Below, piece after piece: positions 45,284 to 47,195 of a stretch of DNA of 47,195 nt; the first letter of the stretch is position 1; every line of letters starts with the position of its first letter. The translations under genes and the position numbers were made by a program. This DNA is from an uncultured Gammaproteobacteria bacterium. GTDB lineage: Bacteria > Patescibacteriota > Patescibacteriia > Patescibacteriales > UBA12465. The stretch covers positions 1 through 47,195 of the forward strand of contig CAYZMF010000002.1 in the NCBI GenBank assembly GCA_964479455.1, in the 5' to 3' direction. The notes beneath the pieces were generated by a model. The model worked only from the letters and a program-made list of their open reading frames with translations. It was not told the DNA's origin and did not search any database.

Positions 45284-45285
45284 TT

Positions 45286-46083
45286 ATGCCTAAAATAGCC
45301 TTATTGCAATTTAACTCTTGGGACAAACTACAAGAAAGTTTTCTTGATATTGATTGTCAACCGGGAGATTTTGTAATTTCCGAAACAGAACACGGTAATG
45401 ACTTAGGCCAGGTAGTAGATATAAGAGAGGGAGATTCAGATTTTCGAGTTATTAGAAAAGTAGAGCCGGATGATTGGTTAATTATCAATGATCTAGATAA
45501 AAAAAAAGAAACCTTAGATTTATGTTCTCAATTAATAAAGAAGCATGAATTAGCAATGAAACTAGTTGATTTAAGGTTTTCTTATGATGGTCGGCGTCTT
45601 AATTTTGCCTTTGTCGCTAATTCTCGGATTGACTTTAGAGAATTAGTTAGAGATTTATCGACGGCTTGTCGGGCTAATATTCGATTAACTCAAATTGGTA
45701 GCCGTGATCAAGCCCAAATAGAAGGTGACTGCGGTTCATGTGGGCGAGAGCTTTGTTGTCGTCAGCATATTAAGGAATTTGCCTCTATCAGCTCAGAGAT
45801 GGCTGAGGTTCAACAAGTAGCTCATCGAGGGAGTGACCGCATTTCTGGAATTTGTGGCAGATTGAAGTGTTGCCTCGCTTATGAATATAAAAACTATAAA
45901 GAACTGGCTGACAAGCTACCAGCAATTGGCTCGAAGCTAAAATATGAAAGACAAGTTGGCACGATTATTGCTCAGCATGTTTTAAAGCAGACAGTTGATT
46001 TATTGATTAAATCAAGTAAATCAAAGGAAGACAGTTTTGTCGTGGAGATAAATCCTTTTACTAAAAAAATAGTAAATAGTTAA
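45286..46083 (+). CDS. PSP1 domain protein (RicT/YaaT-like)
   Basis: 265 aa. PSP1 core (LNFAFVANSRIDFRELVRDL) and Cys clusters GDCGSCGRELCCRQH / GICGRLKCCLAYE. Confidence 0.8.
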   Translation: MPKIALLQFNSWDKLQESFLDIDCQPGDFVISETEHGNDLGQVVDIREGDSDFRVIRKVEPDDWLIINDLDKKKETLDLCSQLIKKHELAMKLVDLRFSYDGRRLNFAFVANSRIDFRELVRDLSTACRANIRLTQIGSRDQAQIEGDCGSCGRELCCRQHIKEFASISSEMAEVQQVAHRGSDRISGICGRLKCCLAYEYKNYKELADKLPAIGSKLKYERQVGTIIAQHVLKQTVDLLIKSSKSKEDSFVVEINPFTKKIVNS

Positions 46084-46087
46084 ATTT

Positions 46088-47156
46088 ATGACCTTAATTC
46101 TGTTGTCTCTAGTCTTGATACTTTCCTTCTATCTACTTTCTGAAGTCTGTGATAAATACTTTGTAGGTTCTCTAGATAGGATTTCTAATCGTTTAAAATT
46201 ATCTTCAGATGTAGCTGGAGCAACTTTATGGCAGTTGGTTCAAGTGCCCCCGAGCTTTTTATAGCTATCATCGCTTTAGTAAAACCGGGAGATCATGGTG
46301 CTCTGGGAATAGGAACTATCGTTGGTTCAGCTATTTTTAATATTCTAGTTATAATTGGTATTTCAGTTTTAGTTAAAAAGGCAGTCTTATCTTGGCAGCC
46401 AGTTATTAGGGACATGATTTTTTATGCAATTTCTATTTTAATGCTTCTTTTTGTTTTTAAAGACGGAACGATTAGTTTAAATGAGGCAATATTTTTTGTT
46501 CTAATGTATGTCGTTTATATCTTTTTAGTAATCCATTGGCATAGAATTTTACCTTATAAAAGCAAGGACACTGAAAAAATATAGAGGAAATAGAGAGTAG
46601 AGAGTTTAAGAGGCCGAAGAAGAATTTTATACGAACTCTAACTTCGCCAATTGACTATCTTTTAGATAAATTATTCCCTAACCCTAAGCACTATTATATA
46701 GTTTTTAGCATTTCAATCACAATTATAGCCCTACTTAGTTGGGTTTTAGTAGAAAGTGCAGTTTCAATTGCTGATATTTTAAATATTCCTTCGGTTATCA
46801 TTGCTCTAACAGTTTTAGCAGTCGGTACTTCTGTGCCTGAACTTCTGTCATCAATTATAGTAGCTAAAGAAGGCCGGGGTGGGATGGCGATTAGCAATGC
46901 AGTTGGTTCTAATATATTTGATATTCTTTTTGGCCTAGGAGTACCTTGGCTTTTATGCCTAATCTTTTTTGATAAAGAAATATTAGTTAGCTCGGAGAAC
47001 TTATTTAGTTCAATAATTCTTCTCTTTGCCACAGTTTTAGTTATTCTTTTCTTAATGATTAGCCAAAGGTGGAAAATTGGTCGTTATTCTGGCTATTTCC
47101 TAGTTTTCATTTATTTACTTTACTTGGCTTATTCTATTTACTTTGCTTATAATTAA
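46088..47156 (+). pseudogene. Ca2+/Na+ antiporter (CaCA/YrbG family) disrupted by two 1-nt deletions
   Basis: Three consecutive frames. Segment 46088-46264 reads ...SSDVAGATL. Segment 46228-46584 reads MAVGSSAPELF... (alpha-1 repeat). Segment 46575-47156 reads ...[45 protein letters not shown] (alpha-2 repeat). The shifts fall at the T-run 46225-46227 and the A-run 46574-46579. Confidence 0.8.
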
Positions 47157-47183
47157 TTTATCTTTTTAAATAATAATAAATTA

Positions 47184-47192
47184 TGCTATAAT
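47184..47192 (+). promoter_or_regulatory. Extended -10 element TGCTATAAT at the window edge
   Basis: Third exact copy of tgctataat, 3 nt from the end of the window. The downstream gene is not visible. Confidence 0.25.
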
Positions 47193-47195
47193 GAA

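Noticed and set aside
1-47195. Search for CRISPR arrays, tRNA/rRNA genes, integrases, transposases, prophage genes and long direct or inverted repeats
   Set aside because: I found none. The intergenic gaps are all 221 nt or shorter and AT-rich without tRNA-like GC stems. The only paralogous repeat is the tandem FtsX permease pair. This was reading by eye, so short or degenerate repeats could have been missed.

Overview
AT-rich (roughly one-third G+C by eye), very densely packed chromosomal segment. It holds 44 intact protein genes plus 2 frameshift-disrupted genes. Only 3 genes are on the minus strand, and many junctions are 1-8 nt gaps or ATGA-type overlaps. I found no rRNA, tRNA, CRISPR array, integrase or transposase. 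TGA is used as a stop codon, so the standard bacterial code applies.

The protein architectures suggest a small-genome Patescibacteria/CPR (Parcubacteria-like) bacterium; this is an inference. They include DUF5671- and DUF4012-type membrane proteins, a half-size TsaB, a pyruvate kinase without the C domain, an ADP-forming acetyl-CoA synthetase, a sigma-region-4/HARE-HTH protein and a Gmad2 protein.

Gene order, left to right:
- DpnII-family restriction endonuclease at the window edge
- frameshifted PEP-utilising swivel-domain gene
- CBS-less IMPDH/GMPR
- 4-gene block of unknown function that includes a U32 peptidase
- HlyD + MacB-type ABC ATPase + two FtsX permeases
- eukaryote-type pyrimidine 5'-nucleotidase, then ADP-forming acetyl-CoA synthetase
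- SdpI-like protein and an orphan OmpR regulator
- hisS, rnhB, nitroreductase, Gmad2 protein, a hypothetical, cysS, dus, tsaB
- partial dcw cluster (mraZ-rsmH-ftsL-ftsI-murF)
- rhamnose/glycosyltransferase genes
- sigma-r4/HARE-HTH protein
- tightly coupled block of uncharacterised single-pass membrane proteins with a GT4 enzyme
- divergent tgt, then pyk, eno, rlmN, Fe/Mn-SOD, histidine phosphatase, rpsB-tsf, PSP1/RicT-like protein
- doubly frameshifted Ca2+/Na+ antiporter gene

Main items for a second look:
- the uncharacterised envelope block at 31173-37953
- a TGT homologue that has lost all four Zn ligands
- an almost invariant T at -1 of start codons, with little or no Shine-Dalgarno signal and several -10 boxes placed for leaderless transcripts
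- three single-base homopolymer deletions concentrated in two genes
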